Shown: positions 32,272 to 42,715 of the stretch, in pieces
Numbering within the stretch: the stretch's first letter is position 1
Layout: every line of letters begins with the position of its first letter
Assembly (NCBI GenBank): GCA_963666835.2
Contig: CAXXGO010000006.1
Coordinates: 608,001 to 672,000, forward strand
DNA from: Phycisphaerae bacterium
GTDB taxonomy: Bacteria > Planctomycetota > Phycisphaerae > UBA1845
DNA length: 64,000 nt
Direction of reading: 5' to 3'
Made by a program: the position numbers and the translations under genes
Notes under the pieces: generated by a model
Told to the model about the DNA's origin: nothing
What the model saw: only the letters and a program-made list of their open reading frames with translations
The model's database searches: none

Positions 32272-33293
32272 CAGGAACGGGACACGGCCTGGATAAAACC
32301 GAACCTCTGCGTGTGACAAAGCAGTAGTCTCAGGGAAACGTCGTCGGGTTGATAGGACGTTTTGTCGATGACCTTCAGGACGAGACTGTCTCTCATCATT
32401 GTCGGCTGCGGTCTTCTGCCGTTGATTGTCGGCTCGGTCTTCCATCTGGCATTTGCCTGGAAGAACGAGAAGGGTCGGATTCTCCAGCTTGCCAAAGTGG
32501 TAACGCAATCGGGCGCCAACGTATTTTCGGCCCATCTCGATAAGAGAAAGGCCGAAATCTCCGCCTATGCCAACATGCCCTTATTGCAGAGCATGGACTG
32601 GGAGCGGATCGGCCCGTTCTTGACAAGCGAGATCGAAAGACACGGCGGCATATATGAGAAACTGCTTCTGGGCCTCCCGGACCAGCCCGGCAACTACTAC
32701 ATCACTACGGGCGGTAACCCGCATTTCGGAGGACTGCTGAGCTTTGACAATGAGGATCCCAATGCTCGATTGAAGTCCATCGCCCAACGCGACTACTGGC
32801 AGTACACCGCCGGCGACAATCCGAATGCCGAGCGCCGCGTATATGTTTCCAACCCGATGATCTCCTACTTCACCGGCGTGCGCCAGATTATGGTTGCCGC
32901 GACGATCCTGTCCGAGGACGGTCGGCGCGTTGCGGGAATGGTATCGGGGTCTATAGCCTGGGATGAGCTGGCCAGGATAGACGAAGAGGTCAAGGGGCAT
33001 GTCCTGCGGAAGTTCGGCGCAGATGCGCGCTGCTTTCTCGTGTCCCATAACGGTACCTATGTATACCATTCGGATAAGACGAACGCTATCCATGTTGAGC
33101 TTGACGATGCCGGGGTGCCGGTCCGGAATGCCATCGGTGAGTTGTCCACTATCGTGCCGAACATCACCGAGGAAGGAAACGAACTGGCCGAGGCCGGCCA
33201 CCGTATCCTGGCGGGCGAGAGCGGGCATGTAATTGTCGAAATACCCGAGCAGGGACGCACATATTGCTTTTTTGCTCCCGTTGAATCCGCCGA

Positions 33294-34335
33294 CCTGATT
33301 CTCTACCTCGCTCCGGTGGTTAACTCCTTTAATGTCAGTGGTTTGGCAGCTACGGCCGCGATAACAAGGCGATCGAAGAGTTTTGCTTCCATCCAGCGAC
33401 GGTTGGCCCGATAGGTGAACGCGGCCAGGTAACGGTCGAGGTGTTTGGGCGAAACGCTGTGATATGTGCCCACAATCATCCGCTTCAGGTTGCCGATGAA
33501 GGTGTGAACCCAGGGGAAAATTTGAACCGCATTCTTCCCACCGCCCGTCACGATTGCCTCGTGCTCGTACCCGGCCTTGGCCACTGAAACGTAACTTCCC
33601 CATCCGTCCGTCCGGAGACATGAGCCCTTCGCTACGTGTCTCGTCGTGAAACCCCTCAGGCTTCGAGCGTCGACGCTTTTCAGTCCCTGAATGGCGATTC
33701 GCTTAGGCCGGTCGTTCTCGTCAAGCTCGACGGCCACTCCCACTGGGACCTTCTTCTCCACTCCACGCCCCGGCCGACCCGGTTCCCGGCCGCCAACGTA
33801 TGTCTCGTCGACCTCCACAAGTCCCTGCAGGACATAACGTTGGCATCGTTGACGCATGGCCTCGCGGAGCTTCTGCAGCATCATCCAGGCAGTCTGGTAG
33901 CAGACCTGGATCTGCTTGGCCAACGCCGTGGCCGCGAGGCCTTTCTTCGAGTGAGCCTCTTGATACATAGCCCAGAACCACTTCCAGAGCGGCACGCGGG
34001 CACCGTGAAACACCGTGCCGGCCGTCGGTGAGGTCTGATGGTGACACTCCCGGCACTCGACGAGCCCTCGGGTCGGGAGCCACCATCCGCGGTTATGCCC
34101 ACAGTCCGGGCAGACGAACCGTTCCAGGTTCGGTCCCCAGCGAGCCTTTCGCAGATACGCGGCACAGGCCGCATCATCTCCGAAGCGACGCATAAACGAC
34201 GCTACATCCAAGATCTTGGGCACGGGATGCTTCGGGCGAATCTCGTCAGACATGGCCGACCTCCTCCATGAACCATGAAATCGTAAGCCCTAACAAATAC
34301 CGTACTTAGCCGCCGGAGTCAAGTAGAGAATCAGG
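33294..34335 (-). mobile_element. IS1595-family insertion sequence, 1042 bp
   Basis: Terminal IRs CCTGATTCTCTAC(CTCG/TTGA)CTCCGG; 8-bp target duplication TCCGCCGA at 33286-33293 and 34336-34343. Confidence 0.95.
33303..34253 (-). CDS. IS1595-family transposase
   Basis: N-terminal Zn ribbon CPDC..CREC, HTH, VEVDETYVGG, TDG, YH.VSPKHLDRYL; the stop codon lies inside the IR. Confidence 0.95.
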   Translation of the reverse strand: MSDEIRPKHPVPKILDVASFMRRFGDDAACAAYLRKARWGPNLERFVCPDCGHNRGWWLPTRGLVECRECHHQTSPTAGTVFHGARVPLWKWFWAMYQEAHSKKGLAATALAKQIQVCYQTAWMMLQKLREAMRQRCQRYVLQGLVEVDETYVGGREPGRPGRGVEKKVPVGVAVELDENDRPKRIAIQGLKSVDARSLRGFTTRHVAKGSCLRTDGWGSYVSVAKAGYEHEAIVTGGGKNAVQIFPWVHTFIGNLKRMIVGTYHSVSPKHLDRYLAAFTYRANRRWMEAKLFDRLVIAAVAAKPLTLKELTTGAR

Positions 34336-36644
34336 TCCGCCGATTACGGCTTCGGGTTGCTCATTCCGGAGAGCGTGGTGACGGCGCCTTTAAGAATGGA
34401 GATGTACTTCTACGGCAGTGTCGGCCTGGGCGTGCTTGTTCTGGCTGCGGTTGCGTCTTATCTGTTGTCCCGCAAGGCGGTGGCACCGCTGATCACGTTC
34501 AGCCGAAGAGCTTTGGAAGTAGCGGGGGGCGACTGGGGGGCGCGGTTTGACGACTCATCGCGCGATGAGATCGGTGTTCTGGCTTTGTCCTTCAACAAGA
34601 TGCTCTCGCAGTTGCAGAGTAGGGAAGGAAACCTGATAGCAGAGGCTGAAAAACAGAAGGTCCTATTCTCGACTATTCCGGCCATTGTCTTTATCAAGAA
34701 TCGGGAAGGGGAGTATATCGCGGCGAACAAGCTCTTCGCCGAAGCCGTGGGCGTTGCCGAGGACCGCATCGCGGGCCAGACTGATTTCTCGCTCTTCCCG
34801 CAAGAAGAGGCCGAGGCGTATCGGCGAGATGATGCCGAGGTAATGCGAACGGGGAAGCCCCGTGTCAATATAGAGGAGATGATGCCGTGCGCAGACGGGG
34901 CCGTCAGATGGGTCTCAACCAACAAGTCGCCGGTTAGAGATGCATCAGGAAACGTGGTGGGTCTCATCGGGGCGTCTGTGGATATCACCGATCGCAGGCG
35001 GGCGGAGGAAGCGCACCGCCTTAGCGAAGCGAAGTTCCGCGGCCTCGTCGAGTCGTCGTCCGACTGGGTATGGGAGGTAGACGCAAAAGGTATTTATACG
35101 TATGTCAGCCCCAAGATTGAGGCCATATTAGGATATGAGCCGCAGGAAGTTATCGGTAAGACGCCCTTCGACCTGATGCCGCCGGACGAGGCAGAACGAA
35201 TCGGAAAGGTCTTCGCAGAGCTGGCAACTGCGGGCCGACCGTTCGCCGCGTTGGAGAATGTCACGCTACATAAGAACGGCCGGCGCGTGGTCGCAGAAAC
35301 GAGTGGTATGCCGGTTCTGAATGAAGGCGGGGAGGTGGCCGGCTATATAGGCATGGATCACGATATTACGAAACGAAAGCAAGCGGAAGACGACCTTCGC
35401 CATCTGCGTAATTACCTTTCCAACATTATCGATTCGATGCCTTCCGTCTTGGTCGGCGTCGATGCGGACGGTCGCGTCACCCAGTGGAACCGCGGCGCGG
35501 AACGGGCTACGGGAACGCGCGCGGAAAACGCCCACGGGCGTTATCTACCCGACGTCTATCCGCAACTTCACAATGGTATGGATCGAGTTCGCGAGGCGAT
35601 CCGCTCTCGCCGCGTGTGCGAGGATCTCAAGGTTCCGCAGGACGTAGACGGCGAGAGACACTACTGCGATATGACCGTCTATCCGTTGGTTGCCAACGGT
35701 GTGGAGGGCGCCGTCATTCGCGTCGACGACGTTTCCGATCGCGTGCGGATCGAGGAAATGATGGTCCAGACCGAGAAGATGATCTCAGTCGGGGGGCTCG
35801 CGGCCGGGATGGCTCACGAGATCAACAACCCGCTCGGCGGGATTATTCAGGGCGCCCAGAACATCCAACGTCGCGTCTCGAAGGACCTGGCCAAGAACAT
35901 CGAAATCGCGCGGGAGTGCGGAGTGGATTTCGAGGGCATGAGGCTGTACTTCCAAAAACGCAAGATCTTGGAGTTTCTGGATGGCATTCGGGAATCCGGC
36001 GCCCGCGCCGCTCGGATCGTCGCCAACATGCTCCAATTCAGCCGCCGGAGCGACTCCTACCGGGAGCCGGCGGACTTGGCCAAACTCATCGACAACACCG
36101 TCGAGCTGGCCGCCAGTGATTACGATCTCAAGAAGAGGTTCGATTTCCGCCACATCGAAATAGTCCGTGACTATGCCCCCAACCTTCCCCTCGTGGAGGT
36201 TGTCCCGACCGAGATTGAACAAGTCATCCTGAATCTGCTGAAAAACGCCGGCCAGGCAATGCAAGAGGCATCCCAAGACACCCAACCTCGGCTAATCCTC
36301 CGGACAAGACACAACCACAACGTGGCTCGTATTGAAATTGAGGATAACGGACCCGGTATGTCCGAAGACGTTCGCCGGCGGGTATTCGAGCCCTTCTTCA
36401 CCACTAAGCCCGTCGGTGCCGGTACCGGTTTGGGGCTGTCGGTTTCCTACATGATTATAACTAACAACCACAACGGCACGATGACCGTCGAGTCGACGCC
36501 GGAAAAGGGGACGCGGTTCATCATCGAGTTGCCCCTCGCCGTGAACCAAGCTGCCCAGACGGCAGCGCCGGACATGCCCCAAGCAACGGCCACCTGAACC
36601 GAACCGATTGGGTTGGGCCGAACAGCGGACCTCACCAAACCCGC

Positions 36645-36668
36645 GCGGCGCAGGCATCCTGCCTGCAG
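36645..36668 (+). repeat. REP-like palindrome class II
   Basis: GCGGCGCAGGCATCCTGCCTGCAG; 20/24 match to the minus-strand copy at 60735-60758. Confidence 0.6.
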
Positions 36669-36722
36669 GGGTAGACCGGCTGATTCATCGGCCATCAACG
36701 CTGGCAAGCTTGGCGGCTTCAC

Positions 36723-36769
36723 GTAGGGCATGGTCGAGGTACGAGACCTGCCGAGAAAGACTGCCCTAC
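36723..36769 (+). repeat. REP class I plus truncated inverted partner
   Basis: GTAGGGCATGGTCGAGGTACGAGACCTGCC (36723-36752), then CTGCCCTAC (36761-36769); between convergent genes. Confidence 0.85.
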
Positions 36770-36788
36770 ACACCTTATGGAAGCTCTG

Positions 36789-38819
36789 CTAGCCTTCGCG
36801 GGCGGCGGCGCGTTCTTTCGCCGCGGCGTCGATAATCTGCTGCTGGACGTTGCCGGGAACCGCCTCGTAATGCGAAAACTCCATCGAGTAAGCACCCTGC
36901 CCCCCGGTGATGCTCGACAGCCGCGAGTTGTAGTCTGCTAGTTCCGCCAGCGGTACGATCGCCTTGATTGACGCCATATTGCCCGGGAGCATTTCCTGCC
37001 CCTGGGGCCGGCCCCGCCGCGACGCCAGATCGCCCTGAATGTCACCAACGTTCTCCGCCGGAACGGTTACATCAATCACGACGATAGGTTCGAGAATCGC
37101 CGGCTTCGACTTGGCGAATGCCTCTTTGAAGGCGCCCTTCCCGGCAATCTGGAACGCAATGTCCTTGCTATCTACCGGATGGGTCTTGCCGTCGACGAGT
37201 TCCACCTTGACGTCCACCACCGGATAGCCGGCCAGCACGCCCTCGGCCATCTGCGCCCGGATTCCCTTATCCACACTGGGGCGGAACGGCTGGTCGATCG
37301 CGCCGCCGAAGATCTTGTCGATGAACTCATACCCCTCACCACGTTCGGCCGGGTACATGTTGATGAACACGCGAGCAAACTGCCCCGCGCCGCCGGTCTG
37401 TTTCTTATGGGTATACTCGACGTTGTCGGCCCGACCCGTGATCGTCTCGCGATAGGGGATCCGCGGCGGCTTGGTATCCACCTGGAGCTTGTATTGCTTG
37501 GCCATCCGCGCCAGATACGTGCGCAACTGCTGGTCACCCATACCCCGGACTACCAGCTCTCCACCGGTGCCCCGCTCCGAGATGAAGCAGGGGTCTTCCT
37601 CCGAGAACCGCTTGAGGGCCGCTCCGATCTTATCCTCGTCCCCGCGCGACTTGGATTCCAACGCCAGCGAGAACATCGGATTGGGGAGAGCCGGCATCGC
37701 AATCTCGCCGCCCTTCCCCGAGGTCAATGCGACCCCGATGTCGAAGTCCAGTTTGCCAAGAGTAATGATGTCGCCGGCCAAGCCGGTCTCAACGTCCTTG
37801 TGTTCGGAGCCAAGCGACCGCAGAAGCTGGCCCGGACGCACTCCCTTCGTATCACCGACCGACTTCAACGACATATCCGAGGTCAGCTTCCCCGAGTGAA
37901 TCCGGAGACTGACGTACTTGATATGGCTCTTGGCGTCCGTGCTGATCTTGAACACCTGAGCTACGAATGGCCCGTCGACATCCGGCTCAATCTCGGTTTC
38001 CGTCTCACCGCTGACCAGAACACGCCGCTTCCCGACCATCGGGCTCGGGCAGCAGGACACTATGGCGTCCAACATCTCCGCAATGCCGACGTCGCCCCGG
38101 GTGTTCGTGAAGAGAATCGGTGTGAACTCGCCTTGCGCAACCGCCTTGGCCGCAGCCACGCGCACCTCGTCATCCGAGAGCTCGCCCCCGAGGTACTTCT
38201 CCATCAGCTCGTCGTCCGCTCCGACGATCGCCTCGATTACCGCGGTGTGCGCGTCTTCCACGCTGTAGAAGTCCGAATCGCCGGATTCGTTCGCAAAGCA
38301 GTCAACCACGCCCGTTCCTCCACCGGTCGGCAGGTTCATGGGAACGCACTGCTGCCCGAACGACTCCTGAATCTGCCCCACGGTGGCCTCCAGATCCAGG
38401 TTCGGCGCGTCAATGTGAGTTACTACCACGCACACGCCCAGACCGTACTCCCGGGCTCGTTCCATCATCCGGCGAGTATTGACCTGGATTCCGGACGAGG
38501 CCGAGATGACGACCACCGCACACTCGACCGGAGCCAACGCCGCGATTGCCTGACCACAAAACGCGCTCGAACCGGGCGTGTCGACGATGTTCACATGCAC
38601 GTCCCCGTGCGTCAGGAAGCACGTCGCCGATTCCAGCGTGCATAGTCTCTCCCGCTCATCTTCCGTACTGTCCAGTATGGAGGTCTTGTCCTGAACGCTG
38701 CCCAGCCGATTCGTAACCCCGGCCTTATACAGGAGGGCTTCTGCAAGAGAAGTCTTCCCGGCCCCGGTGTGTCCAATGAGCGCGATATTTCGATACTGGT
38801 CAGGTTTCAAGACAGCCAT
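36789..38819 (-). CDS. Elongation factor G paralog (EF-G2-like)
   Basis: GHTGAGKT, DTPG, EEDP, PYRETI, KKQTGGAGQF, HPVDS, LEP; G3/G4 motifs are divergent. Confidence 0.9.
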   Translation of the reverse strand: MAVLKPDQYRNIALIGHTGAGKTSLAEALLYKAGVTNRLGSVQDKTSILDSTEDERERLCTLESATCFLTHGDVHVNIVDTPGSSAFCGQAIAALAPVECAVVVISASSGIQVNTRRMMERAREYGLGVCVVVTHIDAPNLDLEATVGQIQESFGQQCVPMNLPTGGGTGVVDCFANESGDSDFYSVEDAHTAVIEAIVGADDELMEKYLGGELSDDEVRVAAAKAVAQGEFTPILFTNTRGDVGIAEMLDAIVSCCPSPMVGKRRVLVSGETETEIEPDVDGPFVAQVFKISTDAKSHIKYVSLRIHSGKLTSDMSLKSVGDTKGVRPGQLLRSLGSEHKDVETGLAGDIITLGKLDFDIGVALTSGKGGEIAMPALPNPMFSLALESKSRGDEDKIGAALKRFSEEDPCFISERGTGGELVVRGMGDQQLRTYLARMAKQYKLQVDTKPPRIPYRETITGRADNVEYTHKKQTGGAGQFARVFINMYPAERGEGYEFIDKIFGGAIDQPFRPSVDKGIRAQMAEGVLAGYPVVDVKVELVDGKTHPVDSKDIAFQIAGKGAFKEAFAKSKPAILEPIVVIDVTVPAENVGDIQGDLASRRGRPQGQEMLPGNMASIKAIVPLAELADYNSRLSSITGGQGAYSMEFSHYEAVPGNVQQQIIDAAAKERAAAREG

Positions 38820-39160
38820 CGTTCACTCCTGTCGGCAAACGGTTAACACAAACAGCGCGAGATCCACATTGCGGCGGGGCTAACCCTCGCGCGGAAGCCA
38901 CGTATCCTATCGAATCTGAGGCCGCCCCGCTATGGGCGTTCTTTTCCCAAACTGCGGTAAACCTTCCATCTTCTCCGCTACCCATCCAGCCCAAGGGGTG
39001 AGGAACACCCGCAGGTTGACAACCAAAGCGGTATCCGCAACCTTGACCGACGCAGCGGGAAACCGCCGGCTGACCACCAACTGCCGCAGCGCGGCACGGA
39101 CGGACACCCGCGGGCAAGAAACGAACGGACGAGTCTGCTAATCTGTTTGGAGGTCGGATC

Positions 39161-39601
39161 ATGAACTATCGGACTATACTCCTTCCCCTTTTCGGTGCCC
39201 TTGCGGCCGTAGCGGGCTGCGATGCCCTGGCCGGGCTGCTGTCGGCCACCACGGTAACCGTGAGGCTGGTCAACAACACCGCATACTCAGTTGACGCCGA
39301 GATATACACCCACGATGACGACGGAATCGAATCGCTCCTGATTACCGAGCTCGGGCAGCAGCACGATCAGATTATCCTGGCAGGCCAGACCGCCTCGTTC
39401 GCGCTGAGCTGTGAGGATTCGCAGGCGATCGTTGTCGATGACGCTGATCTTCAGATGCTCATCGGACTCGGGCCGGAAACCAGCTCCGACGTGCTCCGCG
39501 ATGGCGAGGACTTCAATTGCGGAGACGTTATTACGTTCACGTTCAGCTACGAGAATCTCGATTTCGACGTCACCACTACCGTGACGGATGTGCCCGGGTA
39601 G
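39161..39601 (+). CDS. Hypothetical acidic lipoprotein
   Basis: Lipobox VAGC; GGAGG RBS; beta-rich, with a Cys pair (LSC..FNCGD). Confidence 0.7.
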   Translation: MNYRTILLPLFGALAAVAGCDALAGLLSATTVTVRLVNNTAYSVDAEIYTHDDDGIESLLITELGQQHDQIILAGQTASFALSCEDSQAIVVDDADLQMLIGLGPETSSDVLRDGEDFNCGDVITFTFSYENLDFDVTTTVTDVPG

Positions 39602-39735
39602 ATCCGACGTCGGAACTGCGGCCCGACCTACTCAGAAACAACGCCCACGGCAGCCGAAGAAGGCTCCCGCGGGCGTTGTTGGTTCTGCACGTCAAGCTCC
39701 GGGCGATATTCCGGCCGGATCGCGAGGTTGCCGCC

Positions 39736-39927
39736 TTATTCCACAACCATCTCACCCGGTGAGGTCATCTCATAATCCGAGCCTGACTCGGATTCCTCCT
39801 GCCGCTCCGGTGGCGGGTTCTCATCGTATTCGTAGGTCCGCACTGATTTGTGCGACGAGGTCGCACATCCGGCGGCGAAACCGATCAAGGCCACAGCTGC
39901 CAGCAGCGCTCTGAACTTATTACGCAT
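39736..39927 (-). CDS. Small acidic lipoprotein
   Basis: MRNKFRALLAAVALIGFAAGC lipobox; GGAG RBS; follows the LPP20-repeat gene. Confidence 0.65.
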   Translation of the reverse strand: MRNKFRALLAAVALIGFAAGCATSSHKSVRTYEYDENPPPERQEESESGSDYEMTSPGEMVVE

Positions 39928-39970
39928 TGTCCTGCTCTCCAAACAAGGCGGCTCGGACGCGGTCCGCGTC

Positions 39971-41287
39971 CTACCCGCGACGCTCGACGATCAACATGTG
40001 CTGATGTACCACCGACCACACGTCCGCTGCCGGAAGTGATACTTTCACGGAAGCCACACCGCCCTCGTATACGGCCGGCTCGGCCACAGCGCCGATCAGC
40101 ACGGCGTCTACCTGCGTGCCAATCTCGTCGTACTGGGTAACAAAGTCTCGCACGGAGGTGCTCGACTCAATGGTCAAACCGTAGACCTGCTCAGCCAGCC
40201 GGCGTTTCGCATCCAGCTCGGCTGCCCGGGCCGCCCGCAGCTTACCCTGCGCCGTATCCAGTTCCGGATCAGTTCCCTGCCCGACAGCCGTTATCTGCTC
40301 ACCCATCCAGCTTGGCTGCTCGATTCCCGAACTCTTGGCTTGCCCAAGGAACCGCGAGGGGGGCACCCCGCAACCGGTCGCCTGGAAGGTGTCGCGTTGG
40401 ATTGACTTCTTCGTGTTGACGATGTCAGTCGTCGTGACGCGGTTGCCCTTGTAATGCTGCGAGTGGAGCTCTTTCACCCGGGTGATGACTTTCTCCACCG
40501 GGATCTCCATCGTGACCTCCACGATGAGCTCATCATTGTGCAGGAACTTGCTGACCTTCCCCGCGCCGACCACCAACCCCTTGGCTTGGGTGGAGATCTC
40601 GTCGTATTCGGTGACGAAATCCCGCACAAGCGTATTGGAGTTGAGGCGGAGACCCTTGATCCGCTCCAGCAACTGACGCATGGCATCCATTTCCGCCGCC
40701 CGCTCGGCCATCAGCCGCGCCTGCGGAGGAACGGCCTTCCAGATCGCCGGGACGGACGTCGGGATGACGTATCCGTCCGGCAGCGGCGAGACCACATCTT
40801 CAAAGCCCTCCGGAAGAGGGGGAACCTCAGGCCGGGGTGCGCCGGCACCGGTCACGCGAATGATGTCCTTCTGAAGCCTCTGCTTGATCTGCTCGAAGTC
40901 CGTGGTCCGGACCGTGTTTCCTTTGTAGTGCTGGGTGTGGATCTCCTTGAGCGACGTTATCAGCTTCGCCACGGTTACCTCGGCGTCCACTTCGCAGATG
41001 CCGTCATCGTAATAGCGCGGCGGCCCCAACCGAACGCCCTTGACCCATGCATCCACCTTTGCACGAATTTCGTCACTTTCCGTGACAAAATCGCGCACGT
41101 ACGTCTCGGAGTTGATCTGAACCCCGTAGACCGTCTCCGCCAGCTTGCGATAGCAGTCCGCCTCCGCCGCTCGCTTCGCCAGCAGCTTGTTCTGTGCGGC
41201 CTTCGCCAGATCGTCTGCCAGAGCCGCCCCGGCGCCCAAGCTGAGCGCCATCAGAAACAACACAATACCTTTGACACGTATCATCAA
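39971..41287 (-). CDS. Secreted protein with three LPP20/FlgP-like repeats
   Basis: Signal peptide; three copies of A.RAAE.D..R.L.E.(V/I).G..(I/L).S.T.VRDFVT..DEI. Confidence 0.75.
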   Translation of the reverse strand: MMIRVKGIVLFLMALSLGAGAALADDLAKAAQNKLLAKRAAEADCYRKLAETVYGVQINSETYVRDFVTESDEIRAKVDAWVKGVRLGPPRYYDDGICEVDAEVTVAKLITSLKEIHTQHYKGNTVRTTDFEQIKQRLQKDIIRVTGAGAPRPEVPPLPEGFEDVVSPLPDGYVIPTSVPAIWKAVPPQARLMAERAAEMDAMRQLLERIKGLRLNSNTLVRDFVTEYDEISTQAKGLVVGAGKVSKFLHNDELIVEVTMEIPVEKVITRVKELHSQHYKGNRVTTTDIVNTKKSIQRDTFQATGCGVPPSRFLGQAKSSGIEQPSWMGEQITAVGQGTDPELDTAQGKLRAARAAELDAKRRLAEQVYGLTIESSTSVRDFVTQYDEIGTQVDAVLIGAVAEPAVYEGGVASVKVSLPAADVWSVVHQHMLIVERRG

Positions 41288-41435
41288 AACGCCTCCTCAT
41301 CGTCCGGGAACCCGATCCCAGCCGGATCCCGCATTGACTGCTGTTGTGCATGCCCAATGCGACCATGCACCATGTAGGACACTCGAACACACCGGTGGTT
41401 GGTGCCCCTTCCGCTCAAGGCGGGAAATCGGCTGC

Positions 41436-42479
41436 CTACCGCCGCACGCGGTCGGCGTAGGTCTTCATTCGATCCCGAGCTTCCCGATAAACCGCGTTCT
41501 GCTGTCCGGCACAAGCCATCTTGTAGTGCTTAAGAGCCTCCTGATAGCGGCCGGACGCTTCGCAGGCCACCCCGGCGCCATAGCAGGCGGCGTGGTCGTT
41601 CGGGTTCGCGTCTATAGCCATCTTGAAGTTGGACAAAGCCCCCTCGAACTCCTCCGCGCGGAGCAGCTTGGTCCCCTGGACGCAGTTCTCCTGCCCGCTC
41701 GATTCGACAGTCGCCTCAACGTCGATCCGGCAGGGCATGAGCCGGCTGATGAACTCCCGGGCACCGCGTTCCACCAATGTGGCGATGATCGCATCCGTCG
41801 GAGTCAGTTCCGCTTCGGTCTGGCTCGATCCGAAGATCGGGCTGGCCTTCGTCTTGTCGGTCGATCGGAAGGTTTTTGGGGAGTAGTACTCCCAGACCTT
41901 GTTGTTGGCGGTGTCGAGCAACTTGAACGCCGTTTGGACCGTGACGTTGCGGGATACGGTCTCGACCTCCTCGGTTCGTACATCCCCGCCGCCGTGTCCG
42001 TATCCGTGTCCGCCGCCGCCCCACAGGCTCAGGCCGGAGAGCGTGCGCTGCTTGCCGACATGCTTCTCGATCTTCACATCGACCTTGCTCAGGATCGCCC
42101 CCTGGGCCGCCACGAGCTTGCCCCCGGTACCGGCGTTCCCCGTCGACATCCCCGCGGCCGCTAAGTCTGCTTCATCGAAGGTGATATGCGTATCACGGCG
42201 GTCGTTCACATCGACATTCGTTCCGAAGCTGTTGCGAGATTCGTTCACCAGCGATTGCATAATCGTGACGCACATGTCGGACCACTGCTCGTCAGTCGTA
42301 GCCCCCAATTCTGCCGGTACGATCATCAACGTGCTCATTCCCGGGGGCAGGCCCCGAGTCGCCTCGACGGCGTAACTGAAATTGACCACCGCCGTCTCGT
42401 GGCTCGCGCATCCCGCCAGGGTCGATATCCCCAACAGCCCAATCACCAGTACCAAGGCGCGATTCCCGTTCATCATCAA
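41436..42479 (-). CDS. Lipoprotein with CsgG/TolB-N-like domain and C-terminal TPRs
   Basis: Lipobox LAGC; DRRD..ITFDEADLAAAG..GKLVAAQGAIL pattern; TPR helices at the C-terminus. Confidence 0.6.
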   Translation of the reverse strand: MMMNGNRALVLVIGLLGISTLAGCASHETAVVNFSYAVEATRGLPPGMSTLMIVPAELGATTDEQWSDMCVTIMQSLVNESRNSFGTNVDVNDRRDTHITFDEADLAAAGMSTGNAGTGGKLVAAQGAILSKVDVKIEKHVGKQRTLSGLSLWGGGGHGYGHGGGDVRTEEVETVSRNVTVQTAFKLLDTANNKVWEYYSPKTFRSTDKTKASPIFGSSQTEAELTPTDAIIATLVERGAREFISRLMPCRIDVEATVESSGQENCVQGTKLLRAEEFEGALSNFKMAIDANPNDHAACYGAGVACEASGRYQEALKHYKMACAGQQNAVYREARDRMKTYADRVRR

Positions 42480-42652
42480 AGATCTCCGTTCCTTTAATAA
42501 GCGACAGTCGGATTACCGTGCCATCAGTCCGTTCCGCTACGCCGCGATGCGGACTACCAATCCGAATCCGCAAACCCTGCTCGAAAAGTGACAAGAAGCA
42601 GCTACATAGCAGAACATCGGCGGACCGACCCGTCAAGCCGTACCCGGCCTGT

Positions 42653-42682
42653 TTGACAGCTCTCGCTGCAGATCCGTAGAAT
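42653..42682 (+). promoter_or_regulatory. Sigma70-type promoter for ispG
   Basis: TTGACA-18bp-TAGAAT, 33 bp before the ATG. Confidence 0.55.
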
Positions 42683-42715
42683 TCGCGTTGATCTGACTCG
42701 GTTTGGCTGCCCAGC

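Larger units (their letters stand above)
32362..36597 (+). pseudogene. dCache-HAMP-PAS histidine kinase interrupted by an IS1595-family element
   Basis: Removing 33294-34343 restores the frame (..PVESA-D-YGFGLLIPE..), giving a ~1061-aa kinase. Confidence 0.92.

Noticed and set aside
33294..33414. C-terminus of ORF 32362-33414 as genuine protein sequence
   Set aside because: It is read-through into the IS end; the true continuation resumes at 34344.
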